DNA from: a virus
Taxonomy: Duplodnaviria > Caudoviricetes
Length of the DNA: 51,757 bases
Reading direction: 5' to 3' (one strand)
IMG/VR virus record: IMGVR_UViG_3300036717_000008
Location: 1-51,757 of that record
The notes below the pieces were generated by a model. That model saw only the letters and a list, made by a program, of their open reading frames with translations, was not told the DNA's origin and ran no database searches. The position numbers and the translations under genes were made by a program. Positions within the stretch are counted from its first letter, which is position 1. Each line of letters starts with the position of its first letter. Below, one piece after another: positions 38,676-47,777 of this stretch.

Positions 38676-38692
38676 AGCTGTTATGATGCCAA
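38676..38692 (-). promoter_or_regulatory. Sigma-54 promoter (variant -12)
   Basis: TTGGCATCATAACAGCT; predicted +1 near 38665, at the edge of the structured region. Confidence 0.65.
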
Positions 38693-38739
38693 CACTATAT
38701 GTTGTAGTGTATTAACCATGGTGACACTACATGTGGTGG
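38692..38739. promoter_or_regulatory. Tandem NrdR-like boxes
   Basis: ACACTATATGTTGTAG (38692) and ACACTACATGTGGTGG (38724), 32 bp apart. Confidence 0.65.
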
Positions 38740-38744
38740 TTTTA

Positions 38745-38761
38745 TTGGCATAAAGATTGCT
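38745..38761 (+). promoter_or_regulatory. Sigma-54 promoter firing into the AT-rich region
   Basis: TTGGCATAAAGATTGCT. Confidence 0.75.
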
Positions 38762-38900
38762 ACGTTAATGATAAAGTTGTGTCATTATATTGTCATTATG
38801 GTCAAATTAATACATTAGAGTTAACCTGTTAATAATTAACATGTTATGATGATTATGCTGTCTATAATCGCTCACTTCACCTAACTTTATCGTTATAGTT

Positions 38901-38917
38901 AGCTATTAAAGTGCCAA
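38901..38917 (-). promoter_or_regulatory. Sigma-54 promoter
   Basis: TTGGCACTTTAATAGCT. Confidence 0.7.
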
Positions 38918-38951
38918 CAAATAAATGTCAATAAATCTTACTTAACAGTCA

Positions 38952-38964
38952 TAACCTGTTGATT
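38952..38964 (-). promoter_or_regulatory. IHF-binding site
   Basis: AATCAACAGGTTA matches WATCAANNNNTTR, 35 bp upstream of the 38901-38917 promoter. Confidence 0.55.
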
Positions 38965-39039
38965 TTGAACATAATCCAATTGTATCATAGCCTAATGAGT
39001 TAGGCTAAGTTAACTATTAAAATCCACCGAGTGCAACAG

Positions 39040-39650
39040 TTAGTATAACATTTCATTAAAGGTCTATATAACACTTTTCATTATTTTATATAAATAATTA
39101 ATTATAATATATATATAGTATACATACTTATATATTATATAATATATAACTTTATAAACTTTGGTTAAAAACGAAAATTTTATATAGACCAAAAGTAAAG
39201 TGAGTATTATATAAAACTTTAATAAGAAACTATACAAAGTTATATAATTAATAAGGTTTAATACTTAATTAAGCTTATTAACTATTAAGTAATCATTACT
39301 CAACACTAAGTAATCATTATTGATTAGTAAACATTACTAATTAACTGATTAGTAAGGTTTATTAAGTAAATCCGGTAATCAGGAAGTTGAAAATGAAAAC
39401 CAGAAAGTAAAACCCGAAACTTGACTATGCTATTCTCGAAATTTGATAAAAAATAAGTTTAGAAATATATAACAATATATAAATCCTATATAAACCCTAT
39501 ATACTAAATATATAATCTGTATATAACTATACAGAGATATTTTGTGAATCTTTAACGTTAAAGAATAGTTCGTTAACGTTAACTCTTCTGTGTTAAACGT
39601 TAACGATAACTCTTCCTGTATAATTATACTGTTATATAACCATAATATCA
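39040..39650. other. Very AT-rich non-coding divergence region; candidate replication origin or packaging/terminus site
   Basis: Extreme AT content; TAAGTAATCATTA x2, TGATTAGTAA x2, AACGTTAA palindromic cluster at 39552-39605. Confidence 0.5.
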
Positions 39651-39651
39651 A

Positions 39652-39668
39652 TTGGCATGAATCTTGCT
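39652..39668 (+). promoter_or_regulatory. Sigma-54 promoter for the packaging/late operon
   Basis: TTGGCATGAATCTTGCT. Confidence 0.9.
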
Positions 39669-39686
39669 TATGTTAGAGTTACAGTA

Positions 39687-39890
39687 ATGAAATATGACGA
39701 ATCACAAATACTATCTGACTCAGATTATGAAGCTCTTAAATCAAAAAGAGATAGTATTACCTCATTAATGAATTCTGGACCATTACCAGAACATTATGTG
39801 AATCATTTAAACACTCAATTAGGTCAGATTCGTACCACTTTAAAAAATCATCATCATGCTAAATTCCACTCTGGAAAAGGAAATAGATAA
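39687..39890 (+). CDS. Hypothetical protein
   Basis: Start moved to MKYDESQ because ATG 39657 lies inside the promoter. Confidence 0.6.
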   Translation: MKYDESQILSDSDYEALKSKRDSITSLMNSGPLPEHYVNHLNTQLGQIRTTLKNHHHAKFHSGKGNR

Positions 39891-40038
39891 TCGTTCAGAT
39901 TTTGACAAGTCATTAGATAACTGTAACACAATCAAGACTGTCTCATTGAAAGATCTGGCGCCCTTATTTATGACTCAAGATAACAAATACATCAACGATT
40001 ATGTCTCTACACAGGCAATTGCTAGTACTTCCAATTAA
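39856..40038 (+). CDS. Hypothetical protein
   Basis: Overlapping small ORF. Confidence 0.45.
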   Translation: MLNSTLEKEIDNRSDFDKSLDNCNTIKTVSLKDLAPLFMTQDNKYINDYVSTQAIASTSN

Positions 40039-40306
40039 GGAACAACAGGTTTGTGATAAGTTGAAAGGACTTACACCTGTTAAGGATATTATAGATCACC
40101 GTCATAATAAAGCTTATGATGAGTATTTTTTAAGGTCACCAGTTGAGACTCATACTAAAGAAGAATTAGATGCTGTACATAGAGCAATTCTATACACTCA
40201 TCTATTTAAACGTGAAGAATCAATGAGAAAGATGGACGAGGAAGAATTGTTATATCGTCCTATGCCTAAGATCAGTTTTTCTGCTAAACCTAATAAAAGA
40301 AAATGA
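40001..40306 (+). CDS. Hypothetical protein
   Basis: 101-aa ORF. Confidence 0.6.
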   Translation: MSLHRQLLVLPIKEQQVCDKLKGLTPVKDIIDHRHNKAYDEYFLRSPVETHTKEELDAVHRAILYTHLFKREESMRKMDEEELLYRPMPKISFSAKPNKRK

Positions 40307-40418
40307 AATCAATTCATATTGAGATAAGATCTTTCTGGTATGATTATTACATGCTTAATCCCAGAACTAACAAACACATTAAGATTTATAGCTTTTGTTT
40401 TAATTAACAATAACTAAT

Positions 40419-40817
40419 ATGACAGCTCAAGAGACAGCTATTAAGACAGCCTTTGAAGTAGAGGAAATGACTCCACAAGAGATTTCTGAATGTATGGGTC
40501 TTGATGTCATAGCTGTTAAGTCCTGTCTATTAAATTACTCAACTAGATACCGTAAACTTTGTAATGAAGCTCCTGAAGAGGAAGATACTCTTAACTATAA
40601 TCGTGAAGAGCAACAGCGCATTAAAGATGTGATAATGGATCTAGCTATGGGAGCTGAATCTGAGAAGTTGAGATTTGAGGCAGCAGTTTATATTCGTGAT
40701 GATGCTAAAGGCCGTAAAGATCGTAATAACAATCTGCCAACTACTAACGTGCTAGTCCTTAATAACATCTTAAAACAGGGACGTGAGATGGCAGATAAGA
40801 TTAAACAGATTAATTAA
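40419..40817 (+). CDS. Terminase small subunit candidate
   Basis: N-terminal HTH-like MTPQEISECMGLDVIAVKSCL; directly before terL. Confidence 0.6.
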   Translation: MTAQETAIKTAFEVEEMTPQEISECMGLDVIAVKSCLLNYSTRYRKLCNEAPEEEDTLNYNREEQQRIKDVIMDLAMGAESEKLRFEAAVYIRDDAKGRKDRNNNLPTTNVLVLNNILKQGREMADKIKQIN

Positions 40818-42825
40818 GGTGGACCTCTCATCTCTAACACCTGAACAGTTAGCTGATGCCATTAATAATGGTACTGAACTTTCATCGTTGGTACAGAAAT
40901 CTTCTCATCCTGAATCTGAGAGTTGTGGCTTAGATTCTAACTCTGTACCAACGATATCTTCTGGGACCCACGCAAGTGGGGGCAACACGATAGATAATAA
41001 GACTGTAATTCCCCTTAATTCTAACTCTAACTTAACGGCGACCGCAGGTCGAACTTCCATAGAAACGATTTCTCCAAGTACACTCATAACCACAAATACA
41101 ATTGAACCAACTGTTATCCCTGACTATGTAGCCATTAATAGATCTATTAATGGTTCCTCACTTGACAAGGGAGAATTTGATGGATTAGATATACAAGATC
41201 CTGTAGAGCTATTAGTTCTATTAGAAGATGATATTCGTACTGGTGAGACTAAATTGCACCCTTGGCAAATCACTTTTATGTTAGATTTTGCCAATTCTAA
41301 ACATACTAAAGAGTCACCATTTCAGGCTGCTGTACAGGCATGTAACTCTTCAGGAAAAGATAAGTATGTAATAGCTGCTTGTGCAGTATGGTTATGTATG
41401 AGATATAGGGATGTTATATGTCCTATTACCTCCTCTTCTGGTGAACAGTTAGACAAGCAAACATGTGCTCATATTACAAGGTTATCTAATAAGGCTAATG
41501 TATTGTTTGCCAGTTATGGATTATCTTGGAAGATTAACTATAGAGATTACAAATTTCTACATGTTGATCCAATTACAGGTCGCCCTTGTACTAGTCAAAT
41601 AACACTATTTGCAACAGATGAACCTGGTAAAGCAGAGGGCTATCATCCCTTAGAAAAGGGTAAAAAGATGGCTGTATTCACGTCAGAAACAAAGTCTATC
41701 CCCTCTGACATTACTGATGCTATTGAACGGTGTACAGGGTTTACACATCGTGTAGATGCATCATCTCCTGGAGCAGCAGCAGGATATTTCTATAACGTAT
41801 GCTCATATGGTATAGCTCGTACCTCAATTTCCGACATTAAACAGCTTGATTCTACACAGATTATTCTATATAAAATTACAGCCTATGATTGTCCTCATAT
41901 TACCCCTTCAGAGATAAACCGGTTCGCAGCTAAACAACCGGGTGGAGTTAATAGCATTGTATACAGATCCTCAATATTAGCAGAATTTGGATCTACAGAT
42001 GAACAGGTTGTTATACCATCTGATATGGTACATAGAGCTGTTGAAAATACTAGAATGTTCTGTAAGATACAATGGATACAGGAACAATGCAATCATGCTG
42101 GATTTGATATTTCAATGGGTGGAGCAGAGAGTGTTATCTGCGTTAGAAATGGTAATAAACTCATTGGCATGGAATATGCTAATATACATGATACCAGTGC
42201 CCAGATTAGTTGGGCTGAAGAGATGTTCTTTAAACATAAATTGAACAATTCTGACTCTAAAATAAGAGGTGATTATGTTGGCATTGGCGGTCCTATATTA
42301 CAGATCTTAAAGAAGACTAAAAAGTGGGACAACATTATCTATGTTGACAGTCGTAATAAGGCCTCAGAATTTAAGACTTATAAGAATCGTGGTACTGAAT
42401 TATTCTTTCATGTACGTTCTTTATTTGAGAAAAAACACATCATTTTGTTTTATGATAAAGAACTCATAGAGCAATTGTGTTCTAGACATTTTAAAGTGAT
42501 TGATGCTAAGATACATCAATTACTATCTAAACAAGAGGAACGTAATAAAGGGTTTGTATCTCCTGATAGAGCTGATGCATTGAATCTTTGCTTTTGGGGA
42601 TATGAACGAACAGATTTAAAAGAGGATGAATCAAATCCTCCTTATAAACAGAAGGAACTTGAAGAAGTCTATGATCCTTCTAATGAAGCATTTGACCTTA
42701 AGAGCTGGGCTAATAGAGGTCGAAAGATGTATCAACCTGATCATGTTGAGATATCTGAAATGAAAGAAACTGGTCTTATAGATGAAATTAATCACTATAA
42801 TCAACAACTGCTAATGTGCCGATAA
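40783..42825 (+). CDS. terL: Terminase large subunit (start possibly GTG 40819)
   Basis: LHPWQ, ACNSSGKD, AEGYH, SSPG...GYFY, DCPHIT, GFDISMGG, GDYVGIGG, SPDRADAL. Confidence 0.92.
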   Translation: MRWQIRLNRLIKVDLSSLTPEQLADAINNGTELSSLVQKSSHPESESCGLDSNSVPTISSGTHASGGNTIDNKTVIPLNSNSNLTATAGRTSIETISPSTLITTNTIEPTVIPDYVAINRSINGSSLDKGEFDGLDIQDPVELLVLLEDDIRTGETKLHPWQITFMLDFANSKHTKESPFQAAVQACNSSGKDKYVIAACAVWLCMRYRDVICPITSSSGEQLDKQTCAHITRLSNKANVLFASYGLSWKINYRDYKFLHVDPITGRPCTSQITLFATDEPGKAEGYHPLEKGKKMAVFTSETKSIPSDITDAIERCTGFTHRVDASSPGAAAGYFYNVCSYGIARTSISDIKQLDSTQIILYKITAYDCPHITPSEINRFAAKQPGGVNSIVYRSSILAEFGSTDEQVVIPSDMVHRAVENTRMFCKIQWIQEQCNHAGFDISMGGAESVICVRNGNKLIGMEYANIHDTSAQISWAEEMFFKHKLNNSDSKIRGDYVGIGGPILQILKKTKKWDNIIYVDSRNKASEFKTYKNRGTELFFHVRSLFEKKHIILFYDKELIEQLCSRHFKVIDAKIHQLLSKQEERNKGFVSPDRADALNLCFWGYERTDLKEDESNPPYKQKELEEVYDPSNEAFDLKSWANRGRKMYQPDHVEISEMKETGLIDEINHYNQQLLMCR

Positions 42826-42829
42826 TAAT

Positions 42830-43282
42830 ATGAGTACTACTTACAATCCTCGGGATAACACCTTCATTAAGAAACCTGAACCATCTACATGTCCTACATG
42901 TGGTCAGTTGGTACAAGATCTTGGTAAGCCCTTTCAAAATCACATGAATAATTACATCTCTGAAACAGGTGTGATTATGACTATGAATAGTAATGAGGAC
43001 ATCATTGAAATTAAAGGTGTCCCTATGTATAAGTGTGATGACACTAACTCTAAGAATGGCTTGATGCATGTGTCACGTTATCTTGAGAATAAGAAATGTG
43101 CTGCTGCTAAGGTTGTAGTTGGGGTTGATAGGCAACCTCAGGCACAACAGCAACAGGTACAACAGCAGGTCAATCCTGAAAAAGCTATTGCGCCACAAAT
43201 TAATGTCGCAATTCCCCCACCTGCCAGTAAGCTACGAGCTTCACAATTGGTGGCTCCTAAACCCTTGGAAGGAGCTGTTTAA
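42830..43282 (+). CDS. Hypothetical protein (CPTCG motif, Q/P-rich tail)
   Basis: 150-aa packed ORF. Confidence 0.65.
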   Translation: MSTTYNPRDNTFIKKPEPSTCPTCGQLVQDLGKPFQNHMNNYISETGVIMTMNSNEDIIEIKGVPMYKCDDTNSKNGLMHVSRYLENKKCAAAKVVVGVDRQPQAQQQQVQQQVNPEKAIAPQINVAIPPPASKLRASQLVAPKPLEGAV

Positions 43283-43284
43283 TT

Positions 43285-43572
43285 ATGAATGAAACCATCG
43301 AACAACTTCAGGTTAAAACTATCGAACAACATATCATCCAAGTTAAAACCTTGCGTCGTGATATTGATGCTCAAATTCAACAGGTTAAATCTTTGAAGTC
43401 TTCCCGTGAACTATCATTGGTGATTACCAAATTGCAAGAAGGAGTTATGTGGCTTGGTATGGAGCTTAAAAGAGTTAATGAACTCACTGGTGTTGGTACT
43501 AATCCTTACCCAAATAGTAAGGACCCATCTAATACGAAGATTGAACCAACTGCGGATGGACTTAAACTTTAA
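43285..43572 (+). CDS. Acb2/Tad1-hairpin-like small protein
   Basis: SRELSLVITKLQEGVMWL motif. Confidence 0.5.
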   Translation: MNETIEQLQVKTIEQHIIQVKTLRRDIDAQIQQVKSLKSSRELSLVITKLQEGVMWLGMELKRVNELTGVGTNPYPNSKDPSNTKIEPTADGLKL

Positions 43573-43583
43573 CTAATAATATT

Positions 43584-43877
43584 ATGCCACTAGAATCTAA
43601 TCAAGATCCAGAAGATGATAAACAGAATACCGGAACTGTTGAATATGCTAAGTCGGGAGATAATGATGGAGATGATGACTCCACTCCTGAAGATGGTGTA
43701 AGTATTCCAGAAGACTTCCAGAAACAGGTGCATGGAGTAATGTCTAAATGCACTAATTGTCATCACATAGATCATGTGAGGTCAAAACTCAATGAGAAAG
43801 AAAAAGAGATGAGGGATAAGGAGATGAAGGGTAAGAGGAAGTCATTCTCTATGGATGACGCACCTACACAATATTAA
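43584..43877 (+). CDS. Hypothetical protein, acidic N-terminus and basic C-terminus
   Basis: Packed ORF. Confidence 0.65.
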   Translation: MPLESNQDPEDDKQNTGTVEYAKSGDNDGDDDSTPEDGVSIPEDFQKQVHGVMSKCTNCHHIDHVRSKLNEKEKEMRDKEMKGKRKSFSMDDAPTQY

Positions 43878-43885
43878 GGACTATT

Positions 43886-45760
43886 ATGCCAGATGACTCT
43901 GCTGTTGATTACGGTACAGAATATATAGATGCCACTGACTATAAGAAATTGGTCACCAAGATCAATAACTTATATGATGTCGCGTTTGACCTAACAACCA
44001 AGTCTCTGGCAACCCGTAAATTGCGTTATGTAGAACTTGACCTTGAAGTAGAACGTAAAGCTGGGAGATTGGCACCTGACGAAATCTACACTCCAATACA
44101 TGTAATTGACACTAACATACGACGTGAACAATCTCAATATGTACAGTATGTTACACAGTCTCCAAGAGCAGTTATATTGAAAGATCGTGATGATCCTGCT
44201 AATGATCTTTCCTTACTAGAAGTTGATCTAACAGAGAAGTTGAGATTTGATGGTTGGCAATTAGCAACTTATGCTAATATTGATGGGTTTCAGTCCTATG
44301 GCTATGGTGTAATGGAAACCATAATGGACCAAAATAATCCTGGTGAGATTGGTCGTGAGTATGTTCAATTTGGTGACTTCTCATTCATTGCTGATACTAG
44401 GGATTTACAGAAGTGTGAAATGATAGGGCGAGCTTATTATTTCACTAAGACTAAACTAAAGCACTTAACAAGTATTGATAACAAGGAGGATAGATGGGAT
44501 AAAGATCAGACTGAGAAGTTGTTAAAGGCTGAGCCTAATGATGAACAATCTCAGATCTATTCTGGGACTACAACCATAAACCGTTCCTTATACAAAGTCT
44601 TCAAGATAATGTTTAGGGTTAAAGGTACAGTATTTGTAGGTTGGGCTTGTCCTAAATTGTGTGATGACTGGTTGCGTAAACCACGAGAATTATATCTTGG
44701 GAGAAGGACAATTCGTGATGACATTATCAAGCAATCTCAGAATCCTCTCTCAGGTGGTCAGATTGATCCTAAATACATTGCAATGATGCAGAAAGGGTTA
44801 CCTCCCTCTGATGAGGAATATGAGACTGAATATCCATATGTTCTTTACCCTTATCTCATCTCTGAAAATGACACTATCAGCAATTTAAAAGGGCGCACAT
44901 TTCTAGATCAAGATACTCAGAATGCAGCTACTAGTCTATTAAGTTGTACCTTAACTAAGGCTAGGAGATCTTCAATTCTGGCTTTCTCTAAGGACACAAC
45001 TGATCCTAATGATGACTTCTTGATGCAGAAGAATATCATCTTAAAGCAAGGAGCATTGATTAATGGTAAAGTTAAAGAGTTCTCAATGGAGCCTCCTGAT
45101 GCTCAGATGTTTACTGCCATTAACACTCTGATTTCCATCAATCAACAGGAAACCTCACAAATCAATTTCGCAGAGAATAACAGACAAGCTGATTCTAGAA
45201 AGACTGCTACAGCTATTAAGGCCTCCATTTCACAGGCACAACAGTTATCCTCAACACAAATAACCTTGTTTAGCATGGCTCTTAAGAAGCAATATACTTA
45301 TGAGTCAATGATTATTCGGTCACGGGTAATGGCTGGGTTAATTAAAGTGTCGCCAGTACTAGCCCAGATGTATGCTAAGAATTGGACTGTTAAGCCCTCT
45401 GGTGATACAGATGTTATTGAGAAACAACAGATGGTTGAGAAGATGACTGAGGCATGGCCTATTATGTCTCAAACAGCTTGTGCGTCCTTATTTTTAGCTG
45501 ATCTATTAGAGAAGATGTTTCCTGATAGTGCAGCCAAGTATGTACAAGCATTACAGCAGGCCGATCAACAGAAACAATCTCAGCAACAACAGATGATGCA
45601 ACAGGGATTAATGTTTGCTAAACAGTTAGGTACTGATATCATAGGTCTAGCTAAGAAACCTGAGATGTTTAGTGAGAGTGGATTGATACACGTTTATCCT
45701 CAAATTGAGAATCTCGCAGATAAAGCAAAACAACTAATGGCACAACTAGAAGCTAAATAA
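43886..45760 (+). CDS. Portal protein
   Basis: 624 aa, helical, between terL and scaffold; YGYGVM, RKTATAI, Q-rich barrel-like tail. Confidence 0.75.
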   Translation: MPDDSAVDYGTEYIDATDYKKLVTKINNLYDVAFDLTTKSLATRKLRYVELDLEVERKAGRLAPDEIYTPIHVIDTNIRREQSQYVQYVTQSPRAVILKDRDDPANDLSLLEVDLTEKLRFDGWQLATYANIDGFQSYGYGVMETIMDQNNPGEIGREYVQFGDFSFIADTRDLQKCEMIGRAYYFTKTKLKHLTSIDNKEDRWDKDQTEKLLKAEPNDEQSQIYSGTTTINRSLYKVFKIMFRVKGTVFVGWACPKLCDDWLRKPRELYLGRRTIRDDIIKQSQNPLSGGQIDPKYIAMMQKGLPPSDEEYETEYPYVLYPYLISENDTISNLKGRTFLDQDTQNAATSLLSCTLTKARRSSILAFSKDTTDPNDDFLMQKNIILKQGALINGKVKEFSMEPPDAQMFTAINTLISINQQETSQINFAENNRQADSRKTATAIKASISQAQQLSSTQITLFSMALKKQYTYESMIIRSRVMAGLIKVSPVLAQMYAKNWTVKPSGDTDVIEKQQMVEKMTEAWPIMSQTACASLFLADLLEKMFPDSAAKYVQALQQADQQKQSQQQQMMQQGLMFAKQLGTDIIGLAKKPEMFSESGLIHVYPQIENLADKAKQLMAQLEAK

Positions 45761-45761
45761 A

Positions 45762-46019
45762 ATGTCAAACATCACCCCAGAAAACGTAGCAGAGTTACAG
45801 CACATAGATTGGTTAAAGCACCCTGTAACAGTACAAATGATAAAGAATATTCGTGCCCATAAAAAGGATCTAATAGAAAAGGGTATTGCTATTAGTAGTG
45901 ATTACACTCAGCCAGATAACTTCTTTAGATCCTTGAGTTATGGGGCTAAAACTATTGATGCAATTTTAAGGCAAATTGAAAACACTGATCAATACTTAGA
46001 AGTGAGTAAACGGAACTAA
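45762..46019 (+). CDS. Hypothetical head-associated protein
   Basis: WLKHPVT motif; follows the portal. Confidence 0.65.
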   Translation: MSNITPENVAELQHIDWLKHPVTVQMIKNIRAHKKDLIEKGIAISSDYTQPDNFFRSLSYGAKTIDAILRQIENTDQYLEVSKRN

Positions 46020-46160
46020 TGGACGCTCGCTACCTGGAACGTAACCGAGCGACCGTAAGGGCGCGAGGTAACCACTGCTTTCCCCACTACAGGCAATGCG
46101 GGCGCGGGTAGCTGGCACGAAATGAAGGCTAATCCCGCCCACTGCGTGGATTCGGGATAC
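46020..46160 (+). ncRNA. GC-rich structured intergenic element
   Basis: CGCTCG/CGAGCG stem, CC-GTAA-GG tetraloop, GGGCG/CGCCC and TAGC/GCTA stems. Confidence 0.4.
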
Positions 46161-46191
46161 TAACAAAACAACAAACAGAAAGAAAATACAT

Positions 46192-47382
46192 ATGCCAATG
46201 GACGTACTAGTTAATACACCCGGTGCAACTCCTGCTCTTCTTGAGAAGACAATGGAGATTCCGGACAACATTAAATCAATGGTATTTGACTCTAGTTCAA
46301 TGCCTAATATGGATGGTACAGGAGATACTACCATAACAACTGATAAAGGTGTAGAACTTAAGGTTGAAGAGCCTGATATTAAAGAGGAGAAATCTGGACA
46401 GGAAGAACCTAAACTTGAAGTTAAGAAAGAGGAGAAGATAACTCCTCCATCCGCAAAGAAAGATACTGAGAAAGTGGCGCCAGTTAAAACTGATGATAAG
46501 CCAAAAATTAATCAAATATCTCCTGTTAAGAAAGCTGATAAAAAGGATGATACTCAGGATACTTTTGATTATACAAAGTATGCTCCTCAAGAGGTAACTA
46601 ATATGAAGAATATGTCTCGTCAATCACGAGAGGCATATGCTAAAGTTATTGAGGAAAATAAAACATTATCTCAGCTGAAAGATTCTAATTATCTTCAACA
46701 TGAGCAAGGCTATACCTTATCACCTGAATATCGTCAATTGCAGACTCGTGAAACAGAGGTCTATTCTGAAGGTAAGGCTTGGGAGAATGCACTATTGGCT
46801 ATTAAGAAAGGTGAGAAGTTTCGTCAACCTATTGATAGGGATAAGGATGGAAGATTAGTATTTAGCGAGCTTACTGCACCTACTGATGTTGATGAGATTC
46901 GTATTGCACAGAATTTAGCATTGTGTACTACTGAATTGGGTAAGGTGAGAGGAGAGCTGAATGGTTATGGTACTCAATTTAAGAATAGGATTAGTCAGGA
47001 TGTAAAGGATATTCAAGCAGAAAGATCTAATCGTTTTGCATGGGTATCAGATCCTAAATTGATGGATGCTCCTGTTAATGTCAATGGTAAAGAGATTCCT
47101 GTTAAACAGATCATTTCTGAGTTTAAATCTCTATTGCCAGTTTATCATCGTAATTCCATTGTTGCAGATGTTGCTGCTGATCTATTTGTAGCATTACAAA
47201 TTCAAAATGGATTGTTACAAGAGGCACAAAAGGGCGCAACTATTAGTGATCTTAAAGCTAAAGAGGCTAGTAGAGCAGAACCTACATCAGAGGATTCTAA
47301 TCGTAATGATGGAGGAGATAAATTAACCATTAAAGGTAAATCTGTACCTCGTAAATTTAGCCTTGAGGAAATGCCTGAATAA
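46192..47382 (+). CDS. Scaffolding protein
   Basis: Charged, disordered N-terminus plus coiled coil, between portal and capsid. Confidence 0.65.
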   Translation: MPMDVLVNTPGATPALLEKTMEIPDNIKSMVFDSSSMPNMDGTGDTTITTDKGVELKVEEPDIKEEKSGQEEPKLEVKKEEKITPPSAKKDTEKVAPVKTDDKPKINQISPVKKADKKDDTQDTFDYTKYAPQEVTNMKNMSRQSREAYAKVIEENKTLSQLKDSNYLQHEQGYTLSPEYRQLQTRETEVYSEGKAWENALLAIKKGEKFRQPIDRDKDGRLVFSELTAPTDVDEIRIAQNLALCTTELGKVRGELNGYGTQFKNRISQDVKDIQAERSNRFAWVSDPKLMDAPVNVNGKEIPVKQIISEFKSLLPVYHRNSIVADVAADLFVALQIQNGLLQEAQKGATISDLKAKEASRAEPTSEDSNRNDGGDKLTIKGKSVPRKFSLEEMPE

Positions 47383-47383
47383 T

Positions 47384-47608
47384 ATGAAAAAGATTGCTGT
47401 TCTATTTGTGTACCAGTTTTTATTTATCGTGTCTGTTACTTACGTTGTTGAAATTAAGATAAAAGAGTTTGATGATCGTATTAGCAAACTGGAAAATAAT
47501 CAACCAAAATCTGTGATATATCCTGGGTTTAGTATACCTTGTATTACCACTACAAATTATTATACCTTAGTGGCCTGTTCCTCAAACTTAGTTGAAGAGC
47601 AGAAATAA
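47384..47608 (+). CDS. Small membrane-anchored protein
   Basis: MKK + hydrophobic helix, short coiled coil. Confidence 0.6.
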   Translation: MKKIAVLFVYQFLFIVSVTYVVEIKIKEFDDRISKLENNQPKSVIYPGFSIPCITTTNYYTLVACSSNLVEEQK

Positions 47609-47621
47609 CCCTTAATTACAC

Positions 47622-47638
47622 TTGGCATGATTTCTGCT
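47622..47638 (+). promoter_or_regulatory. Sigma-54 promoter for the major capsid operon
   Basis: TTGGCATGATTTCTGCT, 140 nt upstream of the capsid ATG. Confidence 0.85.
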
Positions 47639-47777
47639 AATAGAATAATTAGCTTCTAATAAACTTCAAGAGCATGAAGTAATTTAGCCTCAAATGTTGT
47701 CAAAGGGCATTGACTCGGAGTTGTAGATTTCCGTATAATCTACGAATTTCAAGTAACAATCAATCTTTTGATGACAC

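Noticed and set aside
39430-39651. 73-aa minus-strand ORF
   Set aside because: I/Y/L-biased artefact of AT-rich palindromic DNA.
46112-46130. CTGGCACGAAATGAAGGCT as a sigma-54 promoter
   Set aside because: The GC element is 2 nt off the required spacing.
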